DNA of 64,000 nucleotides from Strigamia acuminata. Lineage: Eukaryota. Positions 22,201 through 36,100 of this stretch are shown here, piece by piece; the stretch's first letter is position 1; each line of letters starts with the position of its first letter. The stretch is from NCBI GenBank assembly GCA_949358305.1, contig OX442314.1:3348001-3412000 (forward strand), given 5' to 3'. The notes below the pieces were generated by a model, which saw nothing but the letters and a program-made list of their open reading frames with translations, was not told where the DNA came from and did not search any database. A program made the translations under genes and the position numbers.

Positions 22201-24725
22201 CAAACTCGTAGCGAAGCAGTCTCGAAATTCGTCGTTGATCATCGTCAGTACAATCTCCGTCTCTTCTGGCGTCACCGATTTGCCCAAATTAATTTCGTCG
22301 GCCGTTATTCGCATCCTCGGACTCGCCTCGGTCGTCGCGACTTTCTTGACTTGTACTTGGTGCAACGACGGTTCTTCTTCGGTGATTTCAACGTGTCCAA
22401 GCTTTCGACCTCGTGTGACTCGTACTTCTTCCCGTCCATCGTTGATTATTGGCATTATTGCCCGCTCGTTCTTTACTTCGATCAAACCTTCTGGTACTTC
22501 TAATCGATCCGTCACCGCGCGTTCGTTTTCTACGTAAAACAACCCGTCTGATTGATTCTTTGCTCGTACCGTCACCAAACTTATCGAGTGGGCTGGCACC
22601 ACTTTGTTCTCGTCGATCACGAGCGCTCGCGGCTTTGCTGCAGTGATTTTCGGCTCGATTCTGGTAATTCCTGCTTGGTCTTGCATCCCTTCCCTCGGTC
22701 TGAACGTTACGTATCCTCCATCGGACTGCATCGTGATCGTTGGGTGTTTCAAGAATGGCTTCCCTATCCAGACTTCCGTCGGCATCCTGGCGTCGTCGAC
22801 CACGTAGAACTCGACATCCGTCAATTTCACGTTTGCGCTTTCCACATCACATCTCGTTCGCCCGCGATAGCGACTTGCGTCTTGATTAAATCCTTCGATC
22901 ACGAATTCGTAGTCCGGCTCCTCGATTTTCGTACGTTTCGCAAACGTCTTACTAATTAGACACACGGCGCTTTGCGTATCGATTCCCGCGCTGCATTTCT
23001 TTCCATCGACCCACATCATGGTCTCGAATTCTGGCTGCATCTCCTCGGCTTCGATCTTGTAAATCTTCTTCGTCTTAACGTCCAACTTGTCCTTCGATGG
23101 CTGCTTCCGCTCTTTCTTTGGCTCTGGGCACGTGTTCGCCATGTGCCCAAATCCGCTACAATTAAAACATTTTGTCCCGTTTGGACACGCGTTCGATAAA
23201 TGCCCCGACTCGTGACATTTAAAACACTTCAACTCGTTTGGACAGTCCTCCTTTCGGTGCCCCTTCTCGCCGCATTTGTAACACTTGATCATCGCGTTCC
23301 CGGTTGGCTTCGCTGTAGACGTCTTCACTTTTGTTTCGACGATCGCGACTTTGGTCCGCGCTTCCACGCTTCGCATCGTTCGGACGATTTCGGTGATATG
23401 TTGGTACTGGAGAAAATACATTGGCGCCGTGGCGGTCTTGAGTTTTAGCCCGTCCAACAAATATTCCTGTGCGTCCCCGATCGTCATTCCCAACTTTTCG
23501 CACGTGGCCCATTTCCGTCGTAAATAGGTTTCGGCCGTCTCGTCGTTCTTCTGCGGTGCCCGAATCAACCTTTCTTTCTCGTCGTATGTTAGTCGTTGAT
23601 CCGGAAAATTCTTCTTCAACTCGGCCTCCCACGCGTCAAATTTCCGTATCGTCGTTCCGGAATTTTCGTGCCATACCTTCGCCGGACCATCCAACGCCGC
23701 CGCCGCCGTCGTTACTTTGGTTGCGTTCGTCCACTTGTATTCTTTCGCGTATTCGTGAACGTCCGCCAACCACTGCGTCGTTGTCCGCAACTCGTTCTGG
23801 TCTCCCGAAAATCGTGGCAGTTTTGGCGCGTTTTTCACTTCTTTCGGCTCTTTCGGCGCCTCTGGTTTCGTCTGCATCGCTAGCATCGACGCCATCATTT
23901 GCTTCATCATCTCTTGTACTTGATCCGCACTAAATCCGCCGTTCATCATTGCTTGTACCGGTGGGTTTTCTTCTATCTCCGGATCGTTGTCTTCTACTTT
24001 CTCTTCGTCTTTCTCTTCGCCTTCCTCTTCGCCTTTCTCGTCGTCGTCTTCATCGTCGCTTCCTACTTCTTCTATGATTCCCGCCTCCATACGCATCGCG
24101 CGCCATAACTGTCCCAGCATGTCTGTTTTCAACTTTTGTGGTACGATTTTTCGCTCTCGTAACAGTGGTTTAATCTCCCGGGTCCTCAGCACGTTTAATT
24201 CTTCGTACGTTGGAATCTCTTTACGTTGGATTTTTGCTAATACTGCTTCCGCGTCGGCCATCTCTCGTTCGAAGTTCGGCTAACCTTCGTAGCACGTGTT
24301 TATTCGGCGAATCGTCTCTCGTTTCCCGAACCGTCCACGCGTTATTTGTTACCCCGAATTTCGTTCCCGTCGCCAAAAACAGTCGTTGCCTCTCACTTTC
24401 TCTACTTTTTCGTCTACTTTATCATCTATCGTCGCATCGAATCCTTCTATCCCACTTCTGATGTAAACTATTACTAGCTGACTCCAAATAAACAAAATGG
24501 CGGACCCGCTGGTCCGCGACGCACACACTAGCTTGTTAAATTCAAAGTGATCTTTATTACAAATTATTACATTTAAATATGAGACTGGTCAGCCCTGATT
24601 GGCTGACCACAAGGAACAGCCCCCAATTGGCTGTCTACCCCCAAAACGTCTATCGGACATATTCGCGTATGCCCGCCCCGCCCCCTGGCGACCGTTGTCG
24701 CCTGTCGAAACCCCAAAACTCCACA
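19236..24725 (-). mobile_element. Full-length Ty3/Gypsy element, Micropia/mdg3-like
   Basis: 264-bp LTRs 19236-19499 and 24462-24725, identical by eye; 4-bp TSD CGAT; PBS TCAGAAGTGGGAT (truncated tRNA-Leu type); single gag-pol ORF. Confidence 0.97.
19513..24261 (-). CDS. Gag-Pol polyprotein, 1582 aa (capsid, 3 CCHC knuckles, protease IDTQS, RT YMDD, RNase H, integrase)
   Basis: Uninterrupted ORF with all motifs in Gypsy order. Confidence 0.97.
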   Translation of the reverse strand: MADAEAVLAKIQRKEIPTYEELNVLRTREIKPLLRERKIVPQKLKTDMLGQLWRAMRMEAGIIEEVGSDDEDDDEKGEEEGEEKDEEKVEDNDPEIEENPPVQAMMNGGFSADQVQEMMKQMMASMLAMQTKPEAPKEPKEVKNAPKLPRFSGDQNELRTTTQWLADVHEYAKEYKWTNATKVTTAAAALDGPAKVWHENSGTTIRKFDAWEAELKKNFPDQRLTYDEKERLIRAPQKNDETAETYLRRKWATCEKLGMTIGDAQEYLLDGLKLKTATAPMYFLQYQHITEIVRTMRSVEARTKVAIVETKVKTSTAKPTGNAMIKCYKCGEKGHRKEDCPNELKCFKCHESGHLSNACPNGTKCFNCSGFGHMANTCPEPKKERKQPSKDKLDVKTKKIYKIEAEEMQPEFETMMWVDGKKCSAGIDTQSAVCLISKTFAKRTKIEEPDYEFVIEGFNQDASRYRGRTRCDVESANVKLTDVEFYVVDDARMPTEVWIGKPFLKHPTITMQSDGGYVTFRPREGMQDQAGITRIEPKITAAKPRALVIDENKVVPAHSISLVTVRAKNQSDGLFYVENERAVTDRLEVPEGLIEVKNERAIMPIINDGREEVRVTRGRKLGHVEITEEEPSLHQVQVKKVATTEASPRMRITADEINLGKSVTPEETEIVLTMINDEFRDCFATSLEEVGCFPDLKMEIEVTTTRPTNLRRYQYSAAQQKEIDKMVAELEGAGFVTRSKSPFNSPIVMVRKKTGEWRICIDFRSLNEITVKEHFPCPRMDELLDGTHEWRVFLVFDLASGYYQIELTAGAQEKTAFSTMNGKYQFVRMPFGLINAPFVFNRVMELAFGHLPYEVLRRYMDDLLSGAKTNAELIEKMRKILIEVRRSKLTLKLSKCHFLCEEVQFLGLRLTKDGLRPGFEKTSAIKNFARPKDIRGVRSFLGLCGYFRRFIAGYATKTRALTKLTRKNETFVWTTECEAAFQGLIGELIAEPVLKIYDNTRPCEVHTDASQDGIGAVLMQRGEGNDLHPIIYASRTTTECEKRYHSTELELMAVVWAVLKFRMYLYGSEFTVVTDCEAVRYGLKKRELTPRIGRWVLALSEYNFKAIHRPGLLMGHVDALSRNAEPASGEETEMERRFKVNQIKFTEGDWLVAAQESDPECKELKDALSVEDKSSLDERMQHKSRGYKIKKGHVYFELTANGRRRDVLYLPKMMRRQITNEVHIGHAHPGVDATIEAIRKRFWFPRMRSYVKAAVGTCVECLMRKEPGGKRAGELNIIERQRVPFHTVHLDHVGPFPKSGIGYRHILVAVCNFSKLVFLMPVKSTNATTTCKEIRKLCARMWIPTRIITDRGTAFTNALFAEMCTELEIRHVLTSTENPRANGQVERMNRTIVPMLASQTTKDDGSDWSKGIDKVEIAINSRINQSTKKTPLEVLYGFQPRTIIEPRLAAIVVEENDGDGTEIEDIRNEAYETMTENQIKQKKAFDRHRGPSRTYEVGDVVVVRRKAIAIQGKAGKLSNLYRGPLRVSRRISSTVYEVTSLENPPRYKTTAPIDQMKKWTFEDDAASGAEDELTGVGGGADI

Positions 24726-24752
24726 CGATCTATTTACGATTCCCAAATTTCC

Positions 24753-26930
24753 AATTTCCACGGGATTTATTTCCGCAGGTTTTATTTCCTCGGGATTTAT
24801 TTCCGCGTGATTTATTTCCTCGGGATTTATTTCCACGGGATTTATTTCCACGGGATTTATTTTAGACTTTGACCGATATCGATATTTTGTAGTATCGCCG
24901 ATACCGATAATTGGCAACCGAATATCGGCCGATACCGATACCTGCGCCGATATTAAAATTAAAATGTCCGACCCCCTCCCAACCCCCCAAAATAAAAATA
25001 ATAAAATTAAAATTGCGTTTATTAATTTATTTTATGTTTTAGAAACGTTTTTGAAGCAGTATATAATATATACTGCTTCAAAAGCGTTTCTAAAACGTAT
25101 TGTTTTAGTCTAAAATGATACGTTTTAGAAACGTGGCAATATCGGTATCGGCCACGCAAAAAAATATCGGATCCGATATCGGTGAATACCGAAATATCGG
25201 CCGATAGCCGATACCGATACCGGTATCGGTCAAAGTCTAATTTATTTCCACGGGATTTATTTCCACGGGATTTATTTCCTCGGGATTTATTTCCACGGGG
25301 TTTATTTCCTCGGGGTTTATTTCCTCGGGATTTATTTCCACGGGATTTATTTCCTCGGGATTTATTTCCACGGGATTTATTTCCACGGGATTTATTTCCA
25401 CGGGATTTATTTCCACGGGATTTATTTCCACGGGATTTATTTCCACGGGATTTATTTCCACGGGATTTATTTCCACGGGATTTATTTCCACGGGATTTAT
25501 TTCCACGGGATTTATTTCCACGAGATTTATTTCCACGGGATTTATTTCCTCCGGATTTATTTCCTCGGGATTTATTTCCTCCGGATTTATTTCCACGGGA
25601 TTTATTTCCTCGGGATTTATTTCCACGGGGTTTATTTTCACGGGGTTTATTTCCTCGGGGTTTATTTCCTCGGGATTTATCGGGGTTTATTTCCACGGAT
25701 TTATTTCCACGGGGTTTATTTCCACGGGGTTTATTTCCTCGGGGTTTATTTCCTCGGGATTTATTTCCACGGGATTTATTTCCTCGGGATTTATTTCCTC
25801 GGGGTTTATTTCCACGGGATTTATTTCCACGGGGTTTATTTCCACGGGATTTATTTCCACGGGGTTTATTTGCACGGGATTTATTTCCACGGGGTTTATT
25901 TCCACGGGGTTTATTTCCTCGGGGTTTATTTCCTCGGGATTTATTTCCACGGGATTTATTTCCTCGGGATTTATTTCCTCGGGGTTTATTTCCACGGGAT
26001 TTATTTCCACGGGGTTTATTTCCACGGGGTTTATTTCCACGGGATTTATTTCCACGGGGTTTATTTCCACGGGGTTTATTTGCACGGGATTTATTTCCAC
26101 GGGGTTTATTTCCTCGGGGTTTATTTCCTCGGGATTTATTTCCACGGGATTTATTTCCTCGGGATTTATTTCCTCGAGGTTTATTTCCACGGGATTTATT
26201 TCCACGGGGTTTATTTCCACGGGATTTATTTCCACGGGGTTTATTTCCACGGGGTTTATTTCCTCGGGGTTTATTTCCTCGCGATTTATTTCCACGAGAT
26301 TTATTTCCTCGGGATTTATTTCCTCGGGGTTTATTTCCACGGGATTTATTTCCACGGGGTTTATTTCCACGGTGTTTATTTCCACGGGGTTTATTTCCTC
26401 GGGGTTTATTTCCTCGCGATTTATTTCCACGGGATTTATTTCCTCGGGGTTTATTTCCACAGGATTTATTTCCACGGGGTTTATTTGCACGGGATTTATT
26501 TCCACGGGGTTTATTTCCACGGGGTTTATTTCCTCGGGGTTTATTTCCTCGGGGTTTATTTCCTCGGGATTTATTTCCACGGGATTTATTTCCTCGGGAT
26601 TTATTTCCTCGGGGTTTATTTCCACGGGATTTATTTCCACTGGGTTTATTTCCACGGGGTTTATTTCCTCGGGGTTTATTTCCACGAGATTTATTTCCTC
26701 GGGATTTATTTCCTCGGGATTTATTTCCACGGGGTTTATTTCCTCGGGATTTATTTCCTCGAGATTTATTTCCACGAGATTTATTTCCTCCGGATTTATT
26801 TCCACGGGGTTTATTTCCACGGGATTTATTTCCTCCGGATTTATTTCCACGGGATTTATTTCCTCGGGATTTATTTCCACAGAATTTATCTCCATGGGAT
26901 TTATATCCTCAGGTTTTATTTCCACAGGAT
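24753..26930. repeat. 15-bp tandem array GGG(A/G)TTTATTTCC(A/T)C, ~120 units, interrupted by a MITE
   Basis: Directly visible; units degrade at both ends. Confidence 0.98.
24863..25239. mobile_element. hAT-type MITE
   Basis: TIRs TAGACTTTGACCGATA / TATCGGTCAAAGTCTA, subterminal CCGATA repeats, 8-bp TSD ATTTATTT. Confidence 0.85.
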
Positions 26931-27209
26931 TCCTGTAGGTTGGAACTGCGCCACAGCAACGGGTACAGCTAGTGAATAAATAAATAATAAAAATAAGAGC
27001 AGTAAAAATACAGTTAAATACTATATTGCGAAAAGCAATCTACGCAAGGTTCGGTTAGAAGCGAAGAAGTTGAAAAGGAGTGTTGACATAAATAAAAACG
27101 TTTTGACAATAACATAGTAACCAAAATTCACACGCGTGTGTGTATATATATTTATTAACCGGCATTACAAATTCACCGTCAGGGATAAATAAACTAAATA
27201 AATTCCTTT

Positions 27210-28594
27210 TCAAACTCGACTAATAATGGCAGCAGAAGCAGCGTCCACATTAACATCTACATTAACATCGCTCGCCTTAACTTTCTTCGTACGCCAACAA
27301 GTCCGCGCGAACACGGCGAGGAAAACAAATGCAATTCCCGCCACGCCGAGCGCATCGACCGGGTGCTCGTACACGAGGCACGACAACAGCACGGCCAAGC
27401 ACTGGCGCAACGTCATCACGTAGGCGAACACGACAGCGCCGAACTGCGAAATGGTGTAAAACACGAACATCTGACCCACGGCCGAGCAACCGGACAAAAC
27501 GAGCACGTCGACGACGAAGCGCGGACAAGCGCGCGCGAACCGCAACGACGCCACAAAGCCCCCTTGCTGCAACAACGACACGCCGGTGAGCAAACACGAA
27601 AAGAGATTCACTCCGCACATCATCTGCACCCACGACATCCCGTGGCGCGCGAACAGCTCCTGCTGCCAGTTGGACGTGAAACTATCGAACGCCATGTACC
27701 CGGCCAGGATGACCAACCCGACGAAGGTCGTTTCCGTCGCCGTATCCGCGCGCTCTTCGGCGCTTCCTAGCAAGAACATGGCCATGCCGAGCGACATGAG
27801 AAGCGCCGTGCCGTATTCCCGCTTGTCGTACGTCTTTTTCGACACGATTTTGCCCATCGCCATGACGGGGATCACTTTGCACGCCTTGGTCAGCACCTGG
27901 ATGGGAAAACTCACGAATTTGAGCGCCTCGTACTGGCACCAGCTGCTCATCACGTTCGAGAACGAGCAGTACGAGTACTTGTAGAGCGGCATCGCGTGCC
28001 GGAGACGGCGGCGGCGCGCGGCGATCGCCACGCCGAGTGCGGACAACACGAAGGCCGAGATTCGATTGACGAACACGAGGAACTGCGAGTCCGTGAAGCG
28101 CGCCGTTTTCGTCGAGAAGGACACCGAGTAATCCGTCGTCATGATTTTCTCCTGCAGAAATCCCCAGACGAGATACGAGCCGCCCAAACCGACGGCGCAG
28201 AACGACAAAACCCGAGCGTCGCGCATCGTGCTGCTGCTAGTCTCCTCTTGCTTTTCGTCGTCATCGTTCGTTAGTTCTTTCTCCTCGTTTCCGACGAAAC
28301 ACGAGCGGATGAAGCCGGCGCCGTAGTGCTCGGGAAATGGGTCTCGTCTTTTGGCCGCGTATCGCGAGATGAAGTATCCGGGCACGAGAATTGTGGAGTA
28401 ACCGAGCAGATTGAGGCACAGGCGAACGATCCACGACGACGGGAGATGAGCGACTAAAACCGACGAAATACAAAAGACGAAAACGACGAAAACTCCGCTG
28501 GTCAGCAGCGACCTATTATTAAATTAATAAATTAAAAATTAAAATTAAATGGTGGTTTATACCCGTACCAAAGAATCACGGTCGATCGTAGCAT
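27210..28594 (-). CDS. SLC35B2: PAPS transporter 1 (slalom/SLC35B2); short first exon ~28594-28569, main exon ~28512-27210
   Basis: WIVRLCLNLLGYSTILVPGY, SYLVWGFLQEKIMT, FTDSQFLVFVNR, SSWCQYEALKFVSFP, FDSFTSNWQ. Confidence 0.93.
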
Positions 28595-30242
<1,648 letters not shown>

Positions 30243-30559
30243 TAGACATTTAATTACGTTCTTGTAATCGAAGTTTTGAAACAATAAATCTTTTTTGTTT
30301 ACGTTTTATCTCGTAAATCAAAAAATAAAAATTTTCCGCCATTTTTGCGACTCGGTTGCCACCTACCGACAAAATTAATCGACAAAGTTTTACGAAAGAA
30401 GAATTTGTCCCTTTCGATACAACATTAGTAAACTGCCGAAATAAAAAACCTAAAAATAATATGTTAATTTATTCATTTATTTTAACAACTCACAACGCTG
30501 GATATGTACAAAACAAATACTGACAAACTCTGTACGAACTTACGAAAATACACATCTGT

Positions 30560-31951
30560 TTAGCGATAACAACTATTCTTACAGAATATAAACACCATAT
30601 AAAATACAGATATCAAAATAACTTTAACGTACAAAAATAAATAAAAATAACGATCCGGCGACCACAAAACTGTGTACTGCAACGATCCACTGTCCTCTAG
30701 CGAAGTAATTATTAATTATTAATTTGTTTGCATTTAATTTTGTCAATTTTTACCAATAACTGCAAATCCGTAGCCCATGTTCCGTCGTCCCATGCGGTAG
30801 GAACACGTGGGAACGAGAATCTCGTGCAAGGTTTCGTTGAGATCGAACGTCCAGATTCTGTTGATTAATTCCAAATGTTGTTGATCGAGAAACGTTCCGT
30901 TCTTTTCGCCAATAAAATGTATCGATGAGTGATCGTGAGCCGAGAAAATGAGATCCGGCTTCGTTTTAGTGACGATCTAAAATTTAAAAAAATAAATCAT
31001 TTATTTCTCTTAGATATTCTCTTCACGGAACCTCTTTTCCAAATATTTTCGACACCGGAAGTAGTGGAAAATGAGTGACTAGAATTCGTTTCCTGGTTGA
31101 AGAGAGATCGGTTTTTTCGGCCTCCCGAGTGAAATAATTCACCTGCAAATGTAAGAGAAAATAAAAATAGAATTTAATTTAATTCAATTCAATTAATTAC
31201 ACGAGCAAATTCGGCAAATTTAAAAACCACGTGTTGGTCGTCGTGAAACGCTTCTCTGAAGCGATTAACTTTTTCATCCGTTACTTTATCGCCACCTTCT
31301 CCTCCGATGTCATTATCGCCGGGGATATACAACTGAAAATAATTGTAAATATAAATTAGTGACACTTATTGTTTATTTAATCTCCTTAAGCACCTTCGGC
31401 ACTCCTTCTGTCGCGAATAAATTGAAAAATCGTTGAATGTAGATGGAAAACACTTTATCCGTGCAAACACTGCCTTCGTCCATCAAATCCCCGAGAAATA
31501 TTATCATTTCTGGTTGAGTGTGTTTTACTGCTAGCGTGAAAGTTTTCGACAAATATCTGTGTAATCAAATAAAAATAAATATTATAAATTTTGATTTTTG
31601 ATTTGATTTTTTTTACCGATCTGAATCCCATCGTGTGATTAAACCAATTGGGAAAAATGGTTCGTAATCGTATCCTTGGATTTGGGGGTCGCCAACAAGA
31701 AGCAATCGAATTGATTCGCTGTTTTCATTATTTAACGGTAAACTTTTCCATTGGCTCGACGCGACGTAGTATGCTATTATTTCGGCGTATATGGCGATCA
31801 ACACCATTGTCGTTATCGTGATTTTGACGCAATTCGTTGAACTGAAAAAGGATTTAAAAAAATAAGTTAGAAATGACGATCAAATTTGCAAATGAGACGA
31901 GACACGAGTCTTTGCTTTTTACCTTGGTAAACCACGACGGAAACATCGCAT
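30560..31951 (-). CDS. MPPE1/Cdc1-like metallophosphoesterase with N- and C-terminal hydrophobic segments, ~7 exons
   Basis: LLVGDPQIQG, RWDSDRYL, FLGDLMDEG, IPGDNDIGGE, THFPL, FSAHDH, VPTCSYRMG motifs over GT-AG-bounded exons. Confidence 0.85.
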
Positions 31952-33190
31952 TATTTAATATAAAAATATATTCTTTGAACTTGTGTTGGAATGGTGATGA
32001 TGTGATTTTTTTGCAACCATAAAATACTTGTTGCAGTTGTTTATGCCGCCATTTTGGTTGTTTACATGTAGCGTCGTCCTGCGGATAGAAATAGTAACTG
32101 TGGTCTAGGAGCCGAACTGCTCCGCCAGCTTAAAACCATAATTATTTATTTATTTATTTAAAAAATTGAATAAACGTTTTATTTGTTTTATACACACCAA
32201 GATTAATGTCATCAAAATTTAAAGAGTATCCAACATAACTATAGTTCTCAAATTGCTGCCCCTTGGAATGACCAGGTCTTCTCCGTCTACTTTTCCAGAT
32301 AAATTTAAATTCATATAACTTTATTAGAATAAAAAAAAATATAGAAATATCAACAGCATTGACTTATTATCTTATCTTTTCCTACAAATTTTATGCCAAG
32401 CAAGAACACAGCAACCACCAACCACACAACTTATTGGAAACACTGCTATTATTTTTTAAATTCTTTATTTATTTACCACATATTAAATTTCAAACACAAG
32501 TTATTAGATTTTATGTAAGTGTTAATTTCTTTAGAAACTGACAGATTGATATTTAAACAATCTAAACAACGTAAAGAAGTCAATGGATTTCGCATTTCTA
32601 ATAACTTGAAGATCATCTCTCGATTAATTGAACTACAGTGATGAAATGCTACATATTTTAAATTTTTAAGCGCATTTAATTCATCTAGTTCATTAAATGT
32701 TTGACAATTTACAAGAGTGAAATGATTTACATTTGGACTTTGTAGAATTAACATTTTTATCTGCGATTCAGTAATATGTTCAGATGATATCTTCAGACGA
32801 TATAGGTTTTCGAATGAATCATCCATATTTTCAGTGTTCAAAATCGAACATTCGTGTAACAGAAGACATTGTAACTGCGTGTTATGAATATGGAAATAAC
32901 GGTTGAAGTTTAATACAAGGTTAGAGCAACCTCACTGTTCTACATCAAGTGAAAGAGTGGGGAAAAAACACAGGAAGGATGTTCACTCCATATATGGTAG
33001 GAGTGTCACCACAGGATATAAAAAACTCAAACTACACTAATTGCACAATGACATCAAGTGGTGATTTTCCACATCAAATATCCCAACAAATTCCCCCAAA
33101 ATCAACAATTCGATTTCATCACAAAAACACTTCTCAATAAACACAATTATATAAAAACTATCAATATGAACACTGCACACAATAAAGTCA

Positions 33191-36100
33191 TTATTCCCCC
33201 ACAGTCTTTAGTCCTAATGCTTCTAGTATTCCATTTAGTGCAGGTCCGGCTAAAGGCTTCGTTAAAAAGTCTGCTAACATGTCCTCGCTTGCGACATGTT
33301 CCACGATAATGTTTCCGTCCTCAATCTCTTGTTTGATGAAATGCACTTTTCGATTCAAGTGCTTGGTCCTCGTCTTCTGCGCACCGCCTCGCAACAGTTT
33401 CACCGCGTTTAAACTGTCACAGTGCATCGTTGTGGCATTTCCGTCGTCGACTTCTCCATTCAGTCCAATTGCGAGCTGCTTTAACCAAATTAATTCGCGC
33501 ACTCCTTCGGTCAGCGCCAAGAGCTCACTCTCTGTACTCGACATTGCGACTATCGCTTGTTTCTGGCACTTCCAGTTAATGATCGAATTCCCGTCCATTG
33601 CAATAAATCCCGAAAACGATCGTGCGTTCGCTGTCCGGTCCCAGCTCGCGTCTGAGTAACCATGGATATGGCTCTCTTCTTTCCCGTAGCTTAGCTTGTA
33701 GTCCACCGTCCCCTTCAGGTATCTCAGCACACGCTTCAATGCTGTAAAATGGATCTTTCGTGGGTCCTTGTTATACTGCGATAACAAACTCATCGGGAAA
33801 CTCAGGTCTGGTCTCGTGTGTGTGGCAAGGTACATCATCTTGCCCAGCAGTTCCTGGTACTGTGTTGCATCAACCTTTTCGCTTTCGTCAAATTCGTCCA
33901 AGTTTTGATTGGGGTTCACTGGTGTTATTGCCGCATTGCATTCTTCCAATCCTTCGCTCTCCACCAATCTTCTAATGTATCCACCTTGGTGGATGTTGAT
34001 TCTTCCATCTTTATACTCAACTTGGATTCCTAGAATGTATTCTAGTCTGCCTATGCTCACGAACTCAATTTCTTCCTTCATTTTCGACATTAGTTCCGTC
34101 TCAAATTCGTCTGTGGATGCCAAAGATAAGTCATCGTCCACGTACACGCCTAGGAACATAAAGTTGCCATCAACAAAAATCACATAAAGGCACGGGTCCT
34201 CTGGAGATGGTTTAAATCCAATTTTCTTCAATGTCTTATCCAACATTTCAAACCAACATCTCCCTGCCTGTTTTAATCCATAGATGCCTTTAATTAATTG
34301 GCATACATGTCCTTTTCCTCCTTCAACATATCCTTCTGGCTGCATCATAAATATTGTCTCTTTCAGTTTGCCGTGAAGGTATGCGGCTTTGACATCATGT
34401 TGTTTTAATGGTCTGTTGATTTTTGCTGCTACATTAATCAGCATTCTCAGTGTCTCTATCCTGATCACCGGGGCGAAGGTCAGCTCGTAGTCGTCCCCGA
34501 ATTTCTGCGAGTATCCAGTGGCTACTAGTCTTGCTCGGAATCTTTCCGGTTCCCCCTCGGAATTTAACTTCACTTTATAAACCCACTTGGATTTCACCGC
34601 CTTCTTTCCTTTTGGCAATTTTCCAATTTTCCACACTCCATGTTTCTTCATCGAGCTCATCTCGTCATCCATCGCGGCCTTCCAGTCTGTCGCGTGATGG
34701 GAGTTTGTTGCTTCGTGGAAATTTTTCGGCGTTAAGATTTCTTCTACTACTAATGCCATTTGTTTCGCCTTAATTCTCTCTGATCTTCGCGCTCCCTGGT
34801 CAACCAGTCTCTTCTCGTGTTCTTCTCTTTGCACTTTATCGGCGACCAACTTCATTTCCCTGGTCACCCCTGCTGGTCGTCCCCTCCGTGGTGGTTCGTC
34901 ACGTTCGACCTCAGTGTCGTTTTCTTCCGTGTTATCTTCTGATTCATTGGCTTCATTTTCTTCTTCATTTATCTCGTTTTGCTCTTCTTCCTCGGCATCG
35001 TCTGATTCGTCTTCATTTTCTTCGCAATTCAGATCGATTTTGACTGTTTCAATCTCTTCACCATCTTTGATTTCTCCATTCAACAAATCTGCGCCCGTTT
35101 TACTCTCGTCAAATTTTACATCAATTTCTTCGCTTATCGAATCGTTTTCTGGATGATAAATTCGGTACGCTTTTCTTGTGTTTGAGTATCCAATGAATAC
35201 TGCTTTCTCCGCTTTGGGATCCAATTTCTTTCGTTTGTGGTCCTTAATTAGCACATATGCTATACATCCAAATCTTCTCAAATACTTCAAATTTGGTTTC
35301 CTGCCAAACCATATCTCAAATGGTGTGCGTCCATGAACTGACGATTTGCACCGGTTGCGGATGTGCGCCACTGTCGATGCACACTCCGCCCAAAACGTCT
35401 TTGGCAGTTTGCAATCTTTTAACATTGCTCTCAACATCTCAAGTATTGTCCGGTTCGCGCGTTCTGCAACGCCGTTGCTGGCCGGATTAAATGCTGTGGT
35501 CAGCTGGTGTTCTATGCCCCTCTTTGTCGTCCATTCCTTCATGCTTTTGGACAAGAACTCGCCGCCATTGTCGCTCCTTAATTTTTTCAGCTTCTTGTCG
35601 GTCTGTCTTTCCATCCCAATGATAAGTTCTGTTAACTTCTCCTTCGCGTCGCTTTTTGCATTTAATGTCTTAATCATTAGCATCCTACTCCAATCGTCCA
35701 CTACAGTCATTACATAGTTTGCACCTCCTCGAGATTCGGGCCCAATTGGTCCAATTAAATCAATGTGCCACAACTCCATGATGCTGGACGACTGTCGGTC
35801 TGTTACCGATTTGTGCGACGACTTTTTCATCTTTCCCGCGATGCATGGTTCACACACGGCGCCACCTTTGCTGCTAATTTCTATGCCATATGCAAGTTCT
35901 TCGTTTTTCATCTTGTGGTGAGCAAAAGGGATAAATATTCCCCCCAAGCGGATATTTGCCCTTTGACTCACTGCAACAGACGGGTCATTCCTCTCGTGTT
36001 GGCTCCGCCTCTCTCTGAGCAGGTGTGTGCCCCGAGGGGAGTGAGGTGTCGGGTGGCAAGCCCCCATTGGCTGCGCCGGCCCCTCACACTGACCCATAAA

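Larger units (their letters stand above)
18989..26972 (+). mobile_element. Probable non-autonomous Helitron carrying nested Gypsy, 15-bp array and hAT MITE
   Basis: 5' A|TCTTCTATATAAATGAAAATG...CCGATTGCTTTGAAATTTTGACAC; 3' GCCACAGCAACGGGTACAGCTAG|T (CTAG end, A/T target, hairpin apparently part-deleted). Pairing of the two ends is inferred. Confidence 0.6.

Noticed and set aside
25022..26979. (DLFPR)n, (EINPV)n, (GIYFH)n and (GNKSR)n ORFs resembling pentapeptide-repeat proteins
   Set aside because: These are artefacts of the 15-bp array, which is open in most frames.
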